From Thermoanaerobaculia bacterium (GTDB lineage Bacteria > Acidobacteriota > Thermoanaerobaculia > Gp7-AA8), in the NCBI GenBank assembly GCA_035999335.1, contig DASYGV010000175.1:10807-74806 (forward strand): a stretch of 64,000 nucleotides of DNA. The letters run 5' to 3'. Made by a program: the position numbers and the translations under genes. Within the stretch, counting starts at the first letter, position 1. Each line of letters opens with the position of its first letter. The notes under the pieces are model-generated. The model was not told where the DNA came from. It saw only the letters and a program-made list of their open reading frames with translations, and ran no database searches. This document shows positions 51,601-60,456 of this stretch, one piece after another.

Positions 51601-51616
51601 TTTTCTGAAGGAGTGA
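48602..51616 (+). CDS. Secreted lamin-tail-domain protein with two complete PLD-family (4 x HKD) phosphodiesterase modules
   Basis: Signal peptide. LTD VVVSEVAWMGTTGSTSNEWIELYN...LLERTD. HKD motifs HNKFFVIDGRWVWTGSTN, HHKAFSADGYVVVLGSQN, HNKFVIVDGTWVWTGSWN, HHKYMIVDHDTESDPFVVTGSMN. Confidence 0.88.
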   Translation: MRLFRLSRLVVFVFTATLHAASPGDVVVSEVAWMGTTGSTSNEWIELYNNTSSSISLTSWTLTAVDGTPSVTLTGSIGAFSYYLLERTDDNSVPGITADKIYTGAMVDGGEQLVLRDASSNVIDTANQNGSWFAGTTTNRATMSRTDSNGSGTTSSNWHTSTVSYSIGLGTPRAANVLGGTSDDWFSLYFTDHLNTTMPDYGPKTMANALIDAIDGATTSIDFAVYGFNGNEEIIAALVAAKNRSVTVRGVVDSYESGFYPYRATETVVEEIGTVVADMDDRIMHNKFFVIDGRWVWTGSTNISRPEMEAEYYGDVSVLIDSTALADVYTEEFEEMYGGDFHDEKTDNTTHVLPTLSDGTVIESYFAPTDDAETNAIVRAIDAAQIKINMRTFFLTSETIVDTLKGAKDRGVTVRIILDATSAHNEYSLHEDLRSYGISVKVEAWGGTEHHKAFSADGYVVVLGSQNFTLSGNTLSDENTLYIQNRPMATAYDAVFETAWSSISSTWLTADPDPESSDSPGSLSDLIDNDHDNLTDEGAAESINTTSTADGAINVYFNRGAIPAGATASNVANYNVNLEDRLTARIATATTSIDVATYELELPDVVDELIDRADNGVTVRLIADAKDPLNEDLSEDSSYKTARVFYEKILRGADNTLNTSDDGHIFADSVIFAVEDSTFRTGHGLPSSPSDLPSVTVKVGTATKSGYLLADGELKNTSGGLNNYYSWGDQMHNKFVIVDGTWVWTGSWNFTVNDTFGSDANRTANIRSGHTNHGIEIRSADLADAYTGEFDEMWGSTTTTPDIEDSNFHSRKDDNTDHEIYVGGKLVEVHFSPSEGALARVNEAVANEADESAHFCIYAFSDQALTDNLKLLWEGSTSESTGTLTGFTLQGVMESGYWDQYWSASMDMTARDGDPDQSNKWNNKGLVGFDGEDKLLHHKYMIVDHDTESDPFVVTGSMNWSANGEDTNDENTLIIHDAAIANQFYQEFAARYYAAYGIVDFLKE

Positions 51617-51621
51617 TGTGC

Positions 51622-51723
51622 TGTCATCCTGAGCCGGCGGAGCGCGGCGAAGGACCCCCTCCGGATGCACGATGAGCGCACGAATCAGGGGGTCCTTCGC
51701 CGTCTACGCGGCTCAGGATGACA
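51622..51723. repeat. ~100-nt palindromic element TGTCATCCTGAGC...GCTCAGGATGACA (family 3, copy a)
   Basis: Located between convergent genes. Internal ggcgaaggacc / ggtccttcgcc arms. Confidence 0.85.
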
Positions 51724-51732
51724 CCCGGGTCG

Positions 51733-53418
51733 TTAAATCGGCATGCCCCAGAAATACCCTTGCCCGTACTCGATCCCGAGGTTGCGCACGACGTCCAGCT
51801 CGCCCGCGGTCTCGATTCCTTCGGCCACGACCGTGCATCCGAGGCTCGTGGCGATGCGCACGTAACGGCGCAGTTGCTCGATGCGCGTGGGGTCCTGATC
51901 GATCCCGATCACGACGCGCTTGTCGATCTTCATGATGTCGGGTGCGAGGAGCACGAGGCTCTCCAAGCAACTGCTGCCGAAGCCGACGTCGTCGATCGCG
52001 ATCATCATGCCCGCGGCGCGCAGCGCCTGCACGGCCTCGAGGAGATACGACGGGTCGCCGATGATCTGCTGCTCGCTGATCTCGAGGCAGAACGTTTCCG
52101 CCGGGATCGGCATGGGAAAGAGCTCGAGCAGATGCTCGGTCGGAATCGCGAGCAGCGTCGTCGGGAAAACGTTCAGGTGGAACTGCGCGTACGGCGGCAG
52201 CGTCATCGCCGTGTTCACCGCTGCCCGCAGGCAGGCGTGATCGACGAGCGTCAACACATTGCGCTCCGAGCACAGGCGGAAGAAGTTGTCCGGCATCTCG
52301 AACGAGCCGTTCGAATAGCGGCTCAGGAGCTCATAGCCGATCGGACTCTCGGTATCGAGGCGGAAGATCGGCTGCTTCACCGTCAGGATGTTCTGTCCGC
52401 GAGTGAGGTTCGCGCACATGTCCGCCTGCAGGCGCAGCCGCCGCGCCGTGTCGTCGAAGTCGTTCGCCTCGAACAGCACGCGGTTCTTGCCGTCGGTCTT
52501 TGCGCGCGAAAGCAGCAGATGGGCGTTCGCGAGCACCTCGTCGAGCGCCGGCATTTCCGGCGTGAGCAGCATTGCCGCGACCGAGGCCGTGACCGTCACG
52601 GTGCCGGTGCTGTGCTGGATCATTGCGGTCGAGATCGCGAGGCGGATGCGCTCCGCAACGCGGCTCACCTCGGCCGGATCGGTCTCCGGGAGGATGAGCA
52701 TGAATTCGTCGCCGCCGAGGCGGCCGACATAGTCGACCGCGCGCACCGACATGCGCAGCCGCCGGCCGATCTCCTTCAGCACCACGTCGCCCACTGCGTG
52801 ACCGAGGAACTCGTTGACGCTCTTGAAGTCGTCGAGGTCGATGACCAGCAGCGCCGCGGCGTTGTTGCCGCGCGCGAGGTGCTGCACCTCGCGGGTCAGC
52901 GCCTGCTGCAGTCCGCGGCGGTTGAGGAGCTCCGTCAGCGGCTCGATGAGCGTCAAACGCTCGAGGTGTTTGTTCGCGCTCTCGAGCTCTTTCTTCATGC
53001 GCGTGAGATCGCGCACGTTGCGATGACGCTCGACGGCGTAGCGGATGGCGCGCAGCAGCGAGTTGTGATCGACGGTCCCTTTCAGCAGATAGTCCTCGGC
53101 GCCGCGATGGAGAGCGTCCATCGCAAGCGTCTCGTCGCCGCGGCCGGTCAGGACGATCACCGGGATCTCGCTGACGCACTCTTCGAGCTTGCCGAGCGCT
53201 TGCAAGTCCGTGGCGTCCGGGAGACCGAGGTCGAGGATCACGACGTCGATGCCGCCGTTCTCGACCGCGGTGCACGCGGCCGCGGCACTGGTGACATGCT
53301 GGATCGCAAAACGCTCCCCGTTCGACTCCAGCAACTCGCGCAGCAGCCGCGCGGAGGGGAGGTCATCCTCGACGATCAACAACCGGAGTGCACTCGTGAG
53401 TGTGGGCGTGGCGAGCAC
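51733..53418 (-). CDS. Response regulator receiver-GGDEF-EAL protein
   Basis: REC domain LRLLIVEDD...VILDLGLPD. RLGGDEFMLIL (GGDEF). EAL-domain motifs EISEQ and IAIDDVG. Confidence 0.9.
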   Translation of the reverse strand: MLATPTLTSALRLLIVEDDLPSARLLRELLESNGERFAIQHVTSAAAACTAVENGGIDVVILDLGLPDATDLQALGKLEECVSEIPVIVLTGRGDETLAMDALHRGAEDYLLKGTVDHNSLLRAIRYAVERHRNVRDLTRMKKELESANKHLERLTLIEPLTELLNRRGLQQALTREVQHLARGNNAAALLVIDLDDFKSVNEFLGHAVGDVVLKEIGRRLRMSVRAVDYVGRLGGDEFMLILPETDPAEVSRVAERIRLAISTAMIQHSTGTVTVTASVAAMLLTPEMPALDEVLANAHLLLSRAKTDGKNRVLFEANDFDDTARRLRLQADMCANLTRGQNILTVKQPIFRLDTESPIGYELLSRYSNGSFEMPDNFFRLCSERNVLTLVDHACLRAAVNTAMTLPPYAQFHLNVFPTTLLAIPTEHLLELFPMPIPAETFCLEISEQQIIGDPSYLLEAVQALRAAGMMIAIDDVGFGSSCLESLVLLAPDIMKIDKRVVIGIDQDPTRIEQLRRYVRIATSLGCTVVAEGIETAGELDVVRNLGIEYGQGYFWGMPI

Positions 53419-53489
53419 ACTTGTACGGTTAATCCGACGGTAGGCATCGGAATGTGATGGCCGTCACTATTTCTGGCAAAAAATGTGGG

Positions 53490-54299
53490 TCAAAGGCGCA
53501 GGTTCCGAAAGGCGGAAGGGATGTCGGCCGTGAACGTGACCTTCTTTCCCGTCCGCGGATGCACGAAACCGAGGTCGCGCGCGTGCAGCGCGAGGCGTCG
53601 CAGCTCCTCGTCGCGGCCTCTGCCGTACATCGTGTCGCCGACGATCGGATGTCCGGCCTCGGCGAGGTGCACGCGGATCTGGTTTCGGCGTCCGGTCTCG
53701 AGGGTGATCTCGAGCATCGAGTAGCGGCGGCCAGAGGCGATGGTGCGGTAGTGCGTGATCGCTTCCTTTCCCTGCGCGGGATCGGCGACGCTGCGCACGC
53801 GCAGATCGCGGTCCTCGGCCAGGAACGAGCGGAACGTGCCCGACGACTCGCGCAGCTTGCCGTACACGATCGCGACGTAGGTGCGGCCGATGTCGTGCCC
53901 GGCGAAGAGCTCCTGCAGACGGTCGCGAACGTGCGCGTTCTTCGCGAAGACGAGCACGCCCGAGGTGTCGCGGTCCAGGCGGTGGACGTGCAGCACCGGC
54001 GCGTACGCGTTCAAAAACGCCTCCGCGTTCTCGTGACGCACTTCGTCGGTGGGCACGCTGAGGAGATGCTCGGCCTTGTCGACGACGATCAGGTCCGCGT
54101 CTTCGTAGAGGATGCGGATGCGCGGGTCGAGACGCGCCGCGTGCGAGGCGACCTCGACGCGATCACTGTCCGCGATCTCACGCTTCGCGTCGCGCTCCGG
54201 CCCGCCGTTCACGCGCACGCGGTCACTCTTGAGCATCGTGCGCAAGGTCGTCTTCGACGAATCGGGAAAGAGCTGCTGGAGATGGTCGAGAAGGTTCAT
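53490..54299 (-). CDS. RluA-family pseudouridine synthase with S4-like N-terminus
   Basis: HRLDRDTSGVLVFAK catalytic motif. I chose the ATG at 54299 (MNLLDHLQQLF...). Confidence 0.85.
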   Translation of the reverse strand: MNLLDHLQQLFPDSSKTTLRTMLKSDRVRVNGGPERDAKREIADSDRVEVASHAARLDPRIRILYEDADLIVVDKAEHLLSVPTDEVRHENAEAFLNAYAPVLHVHRLDRDTSGVLVFAKNAHVRDRLQELFAGHDIGRTYVAIVYGKLRESSGTFRSFLAEDRDLRVRSVADPAQGKEAITHYRTIASGRRYSMLEITLETGRRNQIRVHLAEAGHPIVGDTMYGRGRDEELRRLALHARDLGFVHPRTGKKVTFTADIPSAFRNLRL

Positions 54300-54411
54300 A
54301 TCGTATCGGAACGCTGCCGTCCCGGCGGCTGGCCCGGCGGCGTCCTCGCCGCCCCGCAGAACGCAGGCGCGGGACGCCTGCGGGCCAGCCGGCGAGGACG
54401 CCAGCGTTCCA

Positions 54412-57037
54412 TTAGAACTCAGCAATCATCAGGCCGGAGGCTTCGTCGATCAACGAAAGCACCGCGCGCAGCCCATCCGGCGAGATCGCGAACGTCTCCG
54501 CCTCCTCGTCGATTCGCAGCAACTCGCGCCGCGACGACGTGGTATCGACGGCTGGCTCGAACGGCTGCGCGTAAATCGTGATGCGCCCCGATGCGTCCGG
54601 CGCGCGGAACGCGATCGTGTGCGTCGCGCCGATCCATTGCGCGCGCGTGGCGCCGACGCCCGTGATCCCACTCGCGAGTTGGAACACGCGTCCGTCCGCG
54701 ACGCGCACGACGTCGATCGCGCTCGCGCCTCCCTCCTCGGGCCGCTGATAGACGACGAACGCGCCGTCGGCGGAGACCGCGGGATGAATCGTCTCCGCCG
54801 CGACCACGAGATCCGCCGTGCCGCCGCGCCGCGAGATCCGCCACAGCCCGTCGCGCTTCGGATTGCTCGAATCGTAGTAGACCCAGTCGCCCGTCGCCGC
54901 GAGGGACGGATTTTCGGCGTCGACGCCGTCGCTCGTGACCTGCCGCGGACTCGCGCCGTCGAGCGACGCGGTCCAGATTTCGAAGTGGCCGCTGCGGCTC
55001 GAGCTCCAGAAGAGCGAGTTGCCCGCGGGATGCGGATCCCAATCGACGGCGCGATGATCGGTGATGCGGCGGAGGCGGCCGCTGTCGAGCAGCACCTCCC
55101 ACAGATCGACATTGCCGCCGCGGTCCGAGGCGAAGACGACGCTCGCGCCGCCGCGCGCGTAGGCGGGCTGGCGGTCGACGCTCATGCCGCGCGAGAGCCA
55201 TCGCGGCGCACGCGATCCATCGATCGCGACTTCCTGCAGGCTCTGTCGCGTCACGTCTTCGGTGAACACGATCCGTCCGTCGCCCACGACATCGACGGTA
55301 TCGACCGCGCTGTGAGGATTGTGCAGAAGCACGCGCGCGCGTCCGCTGTCGACGTCGTGACGCACGATCGCGCTGTTGCCGCGGCGCCGCGGCAGTCCCG
55401 ATCCCGCGAGCGCTTCGAGCTCGGCGTAGATCACGGCGTCGCCGTCACGCGTCCAGGCGACGCCGGAGACGAGGCCGTGAGGCTGCTTGCGTACGAGCTT
55501 GCGCCGCTGACCCGATTCCACGTCGACTAGCAACACCGCGCCGGGATGTGTGCCGTGCGGACTCACTGTCACGGCGATTCGTGATCCGTCCGGCGACCAG
55601 CGCGGCGTCGTGAGCTCCTCCTCGTGCGATGCGGCGACCTCGCGAACGTCGCCGCCGTCGAGCGAAGCGATGCAGAGCGTCGAGAAACGTTCGGACGCCA
55701 TGCGGCTGCGGACGAACGCGATCCGTTTGCCGTCCGGCGACCAGTCGCCGTCGAACGCGTTGTCGAGGAGCTTACGCGGTTCGCCGCCGACGACGGGAAC
55801 GCGATACAGCGCGCTCGCAGCTTCGGCGGTACGCGTGAAGAGGAGCGTCGCGCCGTCGGGCGCGAAGCGCGGCGACGAGTCGTCCGGGCCCGCGGTCACG
55901 GGAGCCTCCGTGCCGTCCGCGAGTTGTTTGATCCAGATGCGCCGCGAGCCGTCGCGCGTCGACACGAAGGCGATGAGACGACCGTCGGCCGATGCGGCCG
56001 GAGATGCGTCGCGGCCGGAGTAGGTGAGCATCGTGAGATGCGGAGGCTCGACCGAATCGCGATCTCGGGCGAGGAACGCACCTGCGATCACGACCGCCGC
56101 AAGCGCCGCAAGGATCAGCACGCGGATCTTGATCGATGGCTTCGCGCGCTCAATCTCGGCGTGTCGCACAACGAGCGGACCCTGGCTCGTGTTGACGGTC
56201 TTGGCCGCGCTTTCGAGCGCAAACGCCAGATCGCGCGCGGATGAGAATCGCTGCGCCGGATCTTTCTCCAGGCAGTGATTTACGAGTGTCGCGACGGACT
56301 CCGGCACCGTCGTCAACTCGGGTGTGTCGTTGACGAGGATCGCGTTCATCGTCTCGACCGCCGATCGCGCCTGGAACGGAACGTGGCCGGTGAGCATCTC
56401 GAACAAGACGATGCCGAGCGAAAAGATGTCCGAGCGCGCGTCGAGCGGTGTGCCCCGGACCTGCTCGGGCGACATGTAGTGCGCGGTGCCCATGACGATG
56501 CCGGGCTCGGTGTGAAGCGCGGTCGCGGCGTCCGAACTGCCGGGCGTCGCGGTCGCAAGTCCGAAGTCGAGGATCTTCAGCAACTCGCCCTCGGTGACGA
56601 AGATGTTCTCCGGCTTGAGGTCGCGGTGGATGACGCCCTTCTGGTGCGCGGCCGCGAGTCCCGACGCGATCTGCGCCGCCCACAGCAACGCCTTGCGTAC
56701 GCCGATGCGGGAGTCGTCGAGGCGGTCGCGCACCCTGGAGCAGCTCCATCACCAGGTAGGGCACGCTCGCGTTGGACTCGGTCAGCTCGCCGACGTCATA
56801 CAGCGCGCAGAGATTCGGATGGCTCAGCGACGACAGCGCGCGCGCTTCGCGCTCGAACCGCATGCGCACTTCCGCGGCGGTCCAGCGATGCTGCGGCAGG
56901 ACTTTGATCGCGACCGCGCGATCGAGCCGCGTATCCGTGGCGTGAAAGACGTGTCCCATGCCGCCGGCGCCGATCTCGGCTTCGATCCGGTAAGGCCCGA
57001 GGCGCGCACCCTTGTTGAGGGCATGGTTGAGAGGCAT
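54412..57037 (-). pseudogene. Ser/Thr protein kinase - TM - TolB-like beta-propeller protein, frameshifted at ~56733
   Basis: The N-terminal frame GPYRIEAEIGAGGMGHVFHA...YLVMELLQG switches frame to RDRLDD...HRDLKPENI, DFGLA, SPEQ. A TM helix follows, then repeated DG..IAF/W.PDG propeller blades. Confidence 0.75.
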
Positions 57038-57075
57038 GAGGGACGGGCGATGGTAGCAAACGGAAACGATCCCTC

Positions 57076-57176
57076 TGTCATCCTGAGCCGCGGAGACGGC
57101 GAAGGACCTCCTCATTCGTGCGCGAGCGTCGCCAACCGCAGGGGGTCCTTCGCCGTCTGCGCGGCTCAGGATGACA
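57076..57176. repeat. Palindromic element TGTCATCCTGAGC...GCTCAGGATGACA (family 3, copy b)
   Basis: Same termini and internal ggcgaaggacc/ggtccttcgcc arms as 51622-51723. Confidence 0.85.
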
Positions 57177-57185
57177 GGGTGAGAG

Positions 57186-58526
57186 TCAGTGCGCGACCAT
57201 CCTCATCACATCCTTCTGCAACAGGAACCCGTCGAAGTGAGCCGGCGAAATCGGGCGGCTGAACAGATAGCCCTGCAGACGATCGCACGCGTGCTCGCGC
57301 AGGAACGCGAGCTGCGCGATCGTCTCGACGCCTTCGGCGATCACCTTGAGATTGAGGCTGTGCGCGAGCGCGATGACGCCGAGGGCCAGTTGCTGGTCGT
57401 GCGGCGAATGGATGTCCTCGAGGAACGAGCCGTCGAGCTTGAGCGTGTCGATCGGGAACTGCTTGAGATAGCTGAGACACGAGTAACCGGTGCCGAAGTC
57501 GTCGATGGCCACGCGCACACCGAGATCCTTCAACGCGCGCAGGATGCGGATCGCGCCTTCGACGTCCTGCATCGCCTGCGCCTCGGTGATCTCGAGCTCG
57601 AGGAACTGCGGACGCAGGCGCGACGCGTCGAGCGCCTCGGCGATGTCGCGCAGCAGCTCGGGCGATTGGAACTGCCGCGGTGAAAGATTCACGGCGACGA
57701 CGAAACGATGTCCGCGGCGGTGCCAGTCCGCGCACTGCCGCGTTGCTTCACGCAGCACCCAGCGTCCGAGGGGAATGATCAATCCCGAATGCTCGGCGCC
57801 GGCGATGAAGCGCTCCGGCAGCAGCAGGCCGCGCTCGGGATGATTCCAGCGCACGAGCGCTTCCACGCCGAACACACCGCCGGTCGGCACGTCGACGAGC
57901 GGCTGGTAGTGCACGACGAACTCCTCGTGCACGAGCGCGCGGCGGAGACCGTTCTCGAGCTCCAGCGCCTCGACCGCGCGCATGTTCATTGATGGCGCGT
58001 AGAACTGAGACGTGTTCCGTCCCGCCTCCTTCGCGCGATAGAGCGCCGTGTCGGCGTTGCGGATCAGCGTCTCGCAATCGGTGCCGTCGAGCGGATAGAC
58101 GGCGATGCCGATGCTGCTGGTGACGACGAACTCGCGTCCGTCGACGACGATCGGTGCGCGAAGAGACTCGAGGATCTTTTGAGCGACTCTACCGGCGTCC
58201 TCGATCTTTCCCATCATGTGGATCAGCACCGTGAACTCGTCGCCGCCGAAACGCGCGACCGTATCTTCCTGCCGCACCGCACCGCTGATGCGCGAGGCGA
58301 TGCCGTGCAGGAGCCGGTCGCCGATCGTGTGACCGAGGGAGTCGTTGATCTGCTTGAAGCGATCGATGTCGAGGAACAGCACCGCTGCTTTGTAGCGATG
58401 CCGCTGCGCGTGTCCGAGGGCGACGGCCACGCGGTCGGCGAAGAGCGAGCGGTTCGGCAGTCCGGTGACGGTGTCGTAGTAGGCGAGGTGCTCGAATTCC
58501 GCGCGGCGCTGCTCGAGCAGGCGCAC
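57186..58526 (-). CDS. GGDEF-EAL domain protein (N-terminus uncertain)
   Basis: YYDTVTGLPNR and RFGGDEFTVLI. EAL motifs ELEITE and VAIDDFGTGYS. In-frame hydrophobic sequence continues upstream of the GTG start. Confidence 0.85.
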   Translation of the reverse strand: MRLLEQRRAEFEHLAYYDTVTGLPNRSLFADRVAVALGHAQRHRYKAAVLFLDIDRFKQINDSLGHTIGDRLLHGIASRISGAVRQEDTVARFGGDEFTVLIHMMGKIEDAGRVAQKILESLRAPIVVDGREFVVTSSIGIAVYPLDGTDCETLIRNADTALYRAKEAGRNTSQFYAPSMNMRAVEALELENGLRRALVHEEFVVHYQPLVDVPTGGVFGVEALVRWNHPERGLLLPERFIAGAEHSGLIIPLGRWVLREATRQCADWHRRGHRFVVAVNLSPRQFQSPELLRDIAEALDASRLRPQFLELEITEAQAMQDVEGAIRILRALKDLGVRVAIDDFGTGYSCLSYLKQFPIDTLKLDGSFLEDIHSPHDQQLALGVIALAHSLNLKVIAEGVETIAQLAFLREHACDRLQGYLFSRPISPAHFDGFLLQKDVMRMVAH

Positions 58527-58658
58527 GATGCGCCGATAGAGAAAAAGGAGGAGAAGTGCGAGCGCGATTGGCCCGCTGACGGAGATGCCGAGGTCGATCA
58601 GAGCTCCACTCCCATCACACGCACCCGAAAGAGTCCGAAGGCGGGAGCAGTATAAGCG

Positions 58659-59360
58659 CTAACGGCGCTCGTGGTAGCTCTGGATGTCGTCCTCGTCGTC
58701 GAGATACTTCAATGCGATCGCGTCGGCTTGTTCGGGCTCGAACGTATTGAGCATCATCGCCAGCCAACGCGCGTCGTCGGGGAATCGCTCGATCAACTTG
58801 TCGATCGCGGGCAGTGAATCGACATTGCGTTGGGCCGCGAGTCCCGCGACGACGACGTAAGCGATGCTGGAGTTCTGGGTATCGAGGCCCTTTGTGAGGA
58901 GAGGGAGCGCTCGTGGATCCGTCGCCGCGACGGCCAGCGCGTCATGGAGGACTCCGTCGTGCTCGTATGATTCGAAGCCGCGCGCTGCGCACCACTCTTC
59001 GAATTCGGTCGCGACATCGCCATCGACGTCCGCGAAACGCACGGCGAGCTCCGCCTCGGCGAGGATGTCGCTCCAGATCGCGGTGTCGTCCGGCGCGTAA
59101 CGCAGAAGCGCGGCGGCGATGCGATGGCGTTCGGAGTGTGTGTCGACAAGGTCATAACGCTTCCGGAGAAGCTCGATCGCCGAAGCGTCCCCCGTTTCCG
59201 CCGACGCGATCAACGCCGAGTGCAGCTCGTAATCCGCGCACAGCGGAATGCCATACGGCGTGTCAGGCGCTTCGTCGCGGCACGGCTCGGGAACGACGTA
59301 GATCGATTCCGCAAACATCGGAGTCACCGCAAGCAACAGGACCATCAACACTCGTCGCAT
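58659..59360 (-). CDS. Secreted hypothetical protein
   Basis: Signal peptide MRRVLMVLLLAVTPMFA. Helical, acidic. No family recognised. Confidence 0.6.
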   Translation of the reverse strand: MRRVLMVLLLAVTPMFAESIYVVPEPCRDEAPDTPYGIPLCADYELHSALIASAETGDASAIELLRKRYDLVDTHSERHRIAAALLRYAPDDTAIWSDILAEAELAVRFADVDGDVATEFEEWCAARGFESYEHDGVLHDALAVAATDPRALPLLTKGLDTQNSSIAYVVVAGLAAQRNVDSLPAIDKLIERFPDDARWLAMMLNTFEPEQADAIALKYLDDEDDIQSYHERR

Positions 59361-59449
59361 TCGATGAGGGTAGTCCTCGGCGGGCCCGCGGCGGTCAAGA
59401 GGCGGTGACGGGTCTCAGACAAAACTGTTTGGAGTCCCATAAGGAAATA

Positions 59450-59595
59450 GCCCCCGGCTTCAGCCGGGGGCTCATGGGCGTCCAGCAGAATCGAGCCCTC
59501 GTAGCGGGCGACAGAACCCGTTGAACGTAGGCCTGTCGCCCGCTGACGCGGGCTCGCAATCGAACGTCCGCCATTCCCCCGGCTGAAGCCGGGGG
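59450..59595. repeat. Composite REP cluster: inverted GCCCCCGGCTTCAGCCGGGGGC hairpins flanking a GCGGGCGACAG/CTGTCGCCCGC hairpin
   Basis: Hairpins at 59450-59471 and 59576-59595 have opposite loop orientation (TTCA vs TGAA). An internal hairpin lies around 59503-59545. Confidence 0.8.
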
Positions 59596-60456
59596 CTAGG
59601 GCTGCCGCACTCCAAACAAGCCGCGCACCACTTCCGCGACGTCGCGCTTGCGGCCGTCGACCTCGTAGTTGAGGCGGCGCATGGCCGCGTCGTCGATCGT
59701 GCCGCGGAGCGATTCGAGTGCGGCCGTCGCGCCTTTGCAGCGCTGGTCGAGATCGTTGCGCGACACCACCACCGCGTCGTACGGCGGGAAGTAGCGGCGG
59801 TCGTCTTCGAGCACGACCAGGCCGAGCGGCTCGATCAGGCCGTCCGTGGAGTTGCCGGCGATCAAATCGATCTCGCCGCTCGCGAGCGCTTTGTAGGTCA
59901 GGCCGAGGTCCATCGTGCGGGGGTTGTTGGTCACTCGCAGACCGTAAGCCTTTTGCAATCCGCTCCAGCCGTCGGGACGCTCGGTGAACTCGTAGCCGAA
60001 TCCGGGACGCACTGTCGCCGCAATTTTCGCGAGGTCGGAGATCGCGCGCAGGCCGTTGCGTTTCGCGGTGGTCTTCCGCACGATCATCGCAAACGTGTTG
60101 TTGAAGCCGAGCGCCGGCGACCAGCGGAGACCGCGCTTCGCGTACGCGTCGCGCACGATCGCGTCGACGCGCGCGCGGTCGTTCATGGACGGCTGTTTGA
60201 GGATTGCCGTGAGCGCGGTGCCGGAGTATTCGACATACGTGTCGATCGCGCCTGACTGGATCGCGGCGTCGCAGACGAACGTCCCGCCCATGTTGAGGCG
60301 ACGGTCGACCTTGCATCCCGCCGCTTCCAGTTTTTGTGCGAGCAGCTCGCCGAGGATCACGGACTCCGTGAAGTTCTTCGAGCCGACGACGATCGGTCGA
60401 TCTTCACCTTTGCACGCGACGAGGAGCAGCAACAGCGCGATCGAAGACTTCTTCAT
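59596..60456 (-). CDS. Osmoprotectant (glycine betaine/choline) ABC transporter substrate-binding lipoprotein
   Basis: Lipobox LLLLVAC. OpuBC-like KNFTESVILGEL. Confidence 0.85.
   Translation of the reverse strand: MKKSSIALLLLLVACKGEDRPIVVGSKNFTESVILGELLAQKLEAAGCKVDRRLNMGGTFVCDAAIQSGAIDTYVEYSGTALTAILKQPSMNDRARVDAIVRDAYAKRGLRWSPALGFNNTFAMIVRKTTAKRNGLRAISDLAKIAATVRPGFGYEFTERPDGWSGLQKAYGLRVTNNPRTMDLGLTYKALASGEIDLIAGNSTDGLIEPLGLVVLEDDRRYFPPYDAVVVSRNDLDQRCKGATAALESLRGTIDDAAMRRLNYEVDGRKRDVAEVVRGLFGVRQP

Noticed and set aside
47306-51616. Fic + PLD as a two-gene toxin or defence system
   Set aside because: The genes are separated by 114 bp and the second has its own Shine-Dalgarno sequence. The PLD protein is clearly secreted, while Fic is cytoplasmic and auto-inhibited. 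I have no sequence evidence for functional coupling, so I kept them as separate observations.
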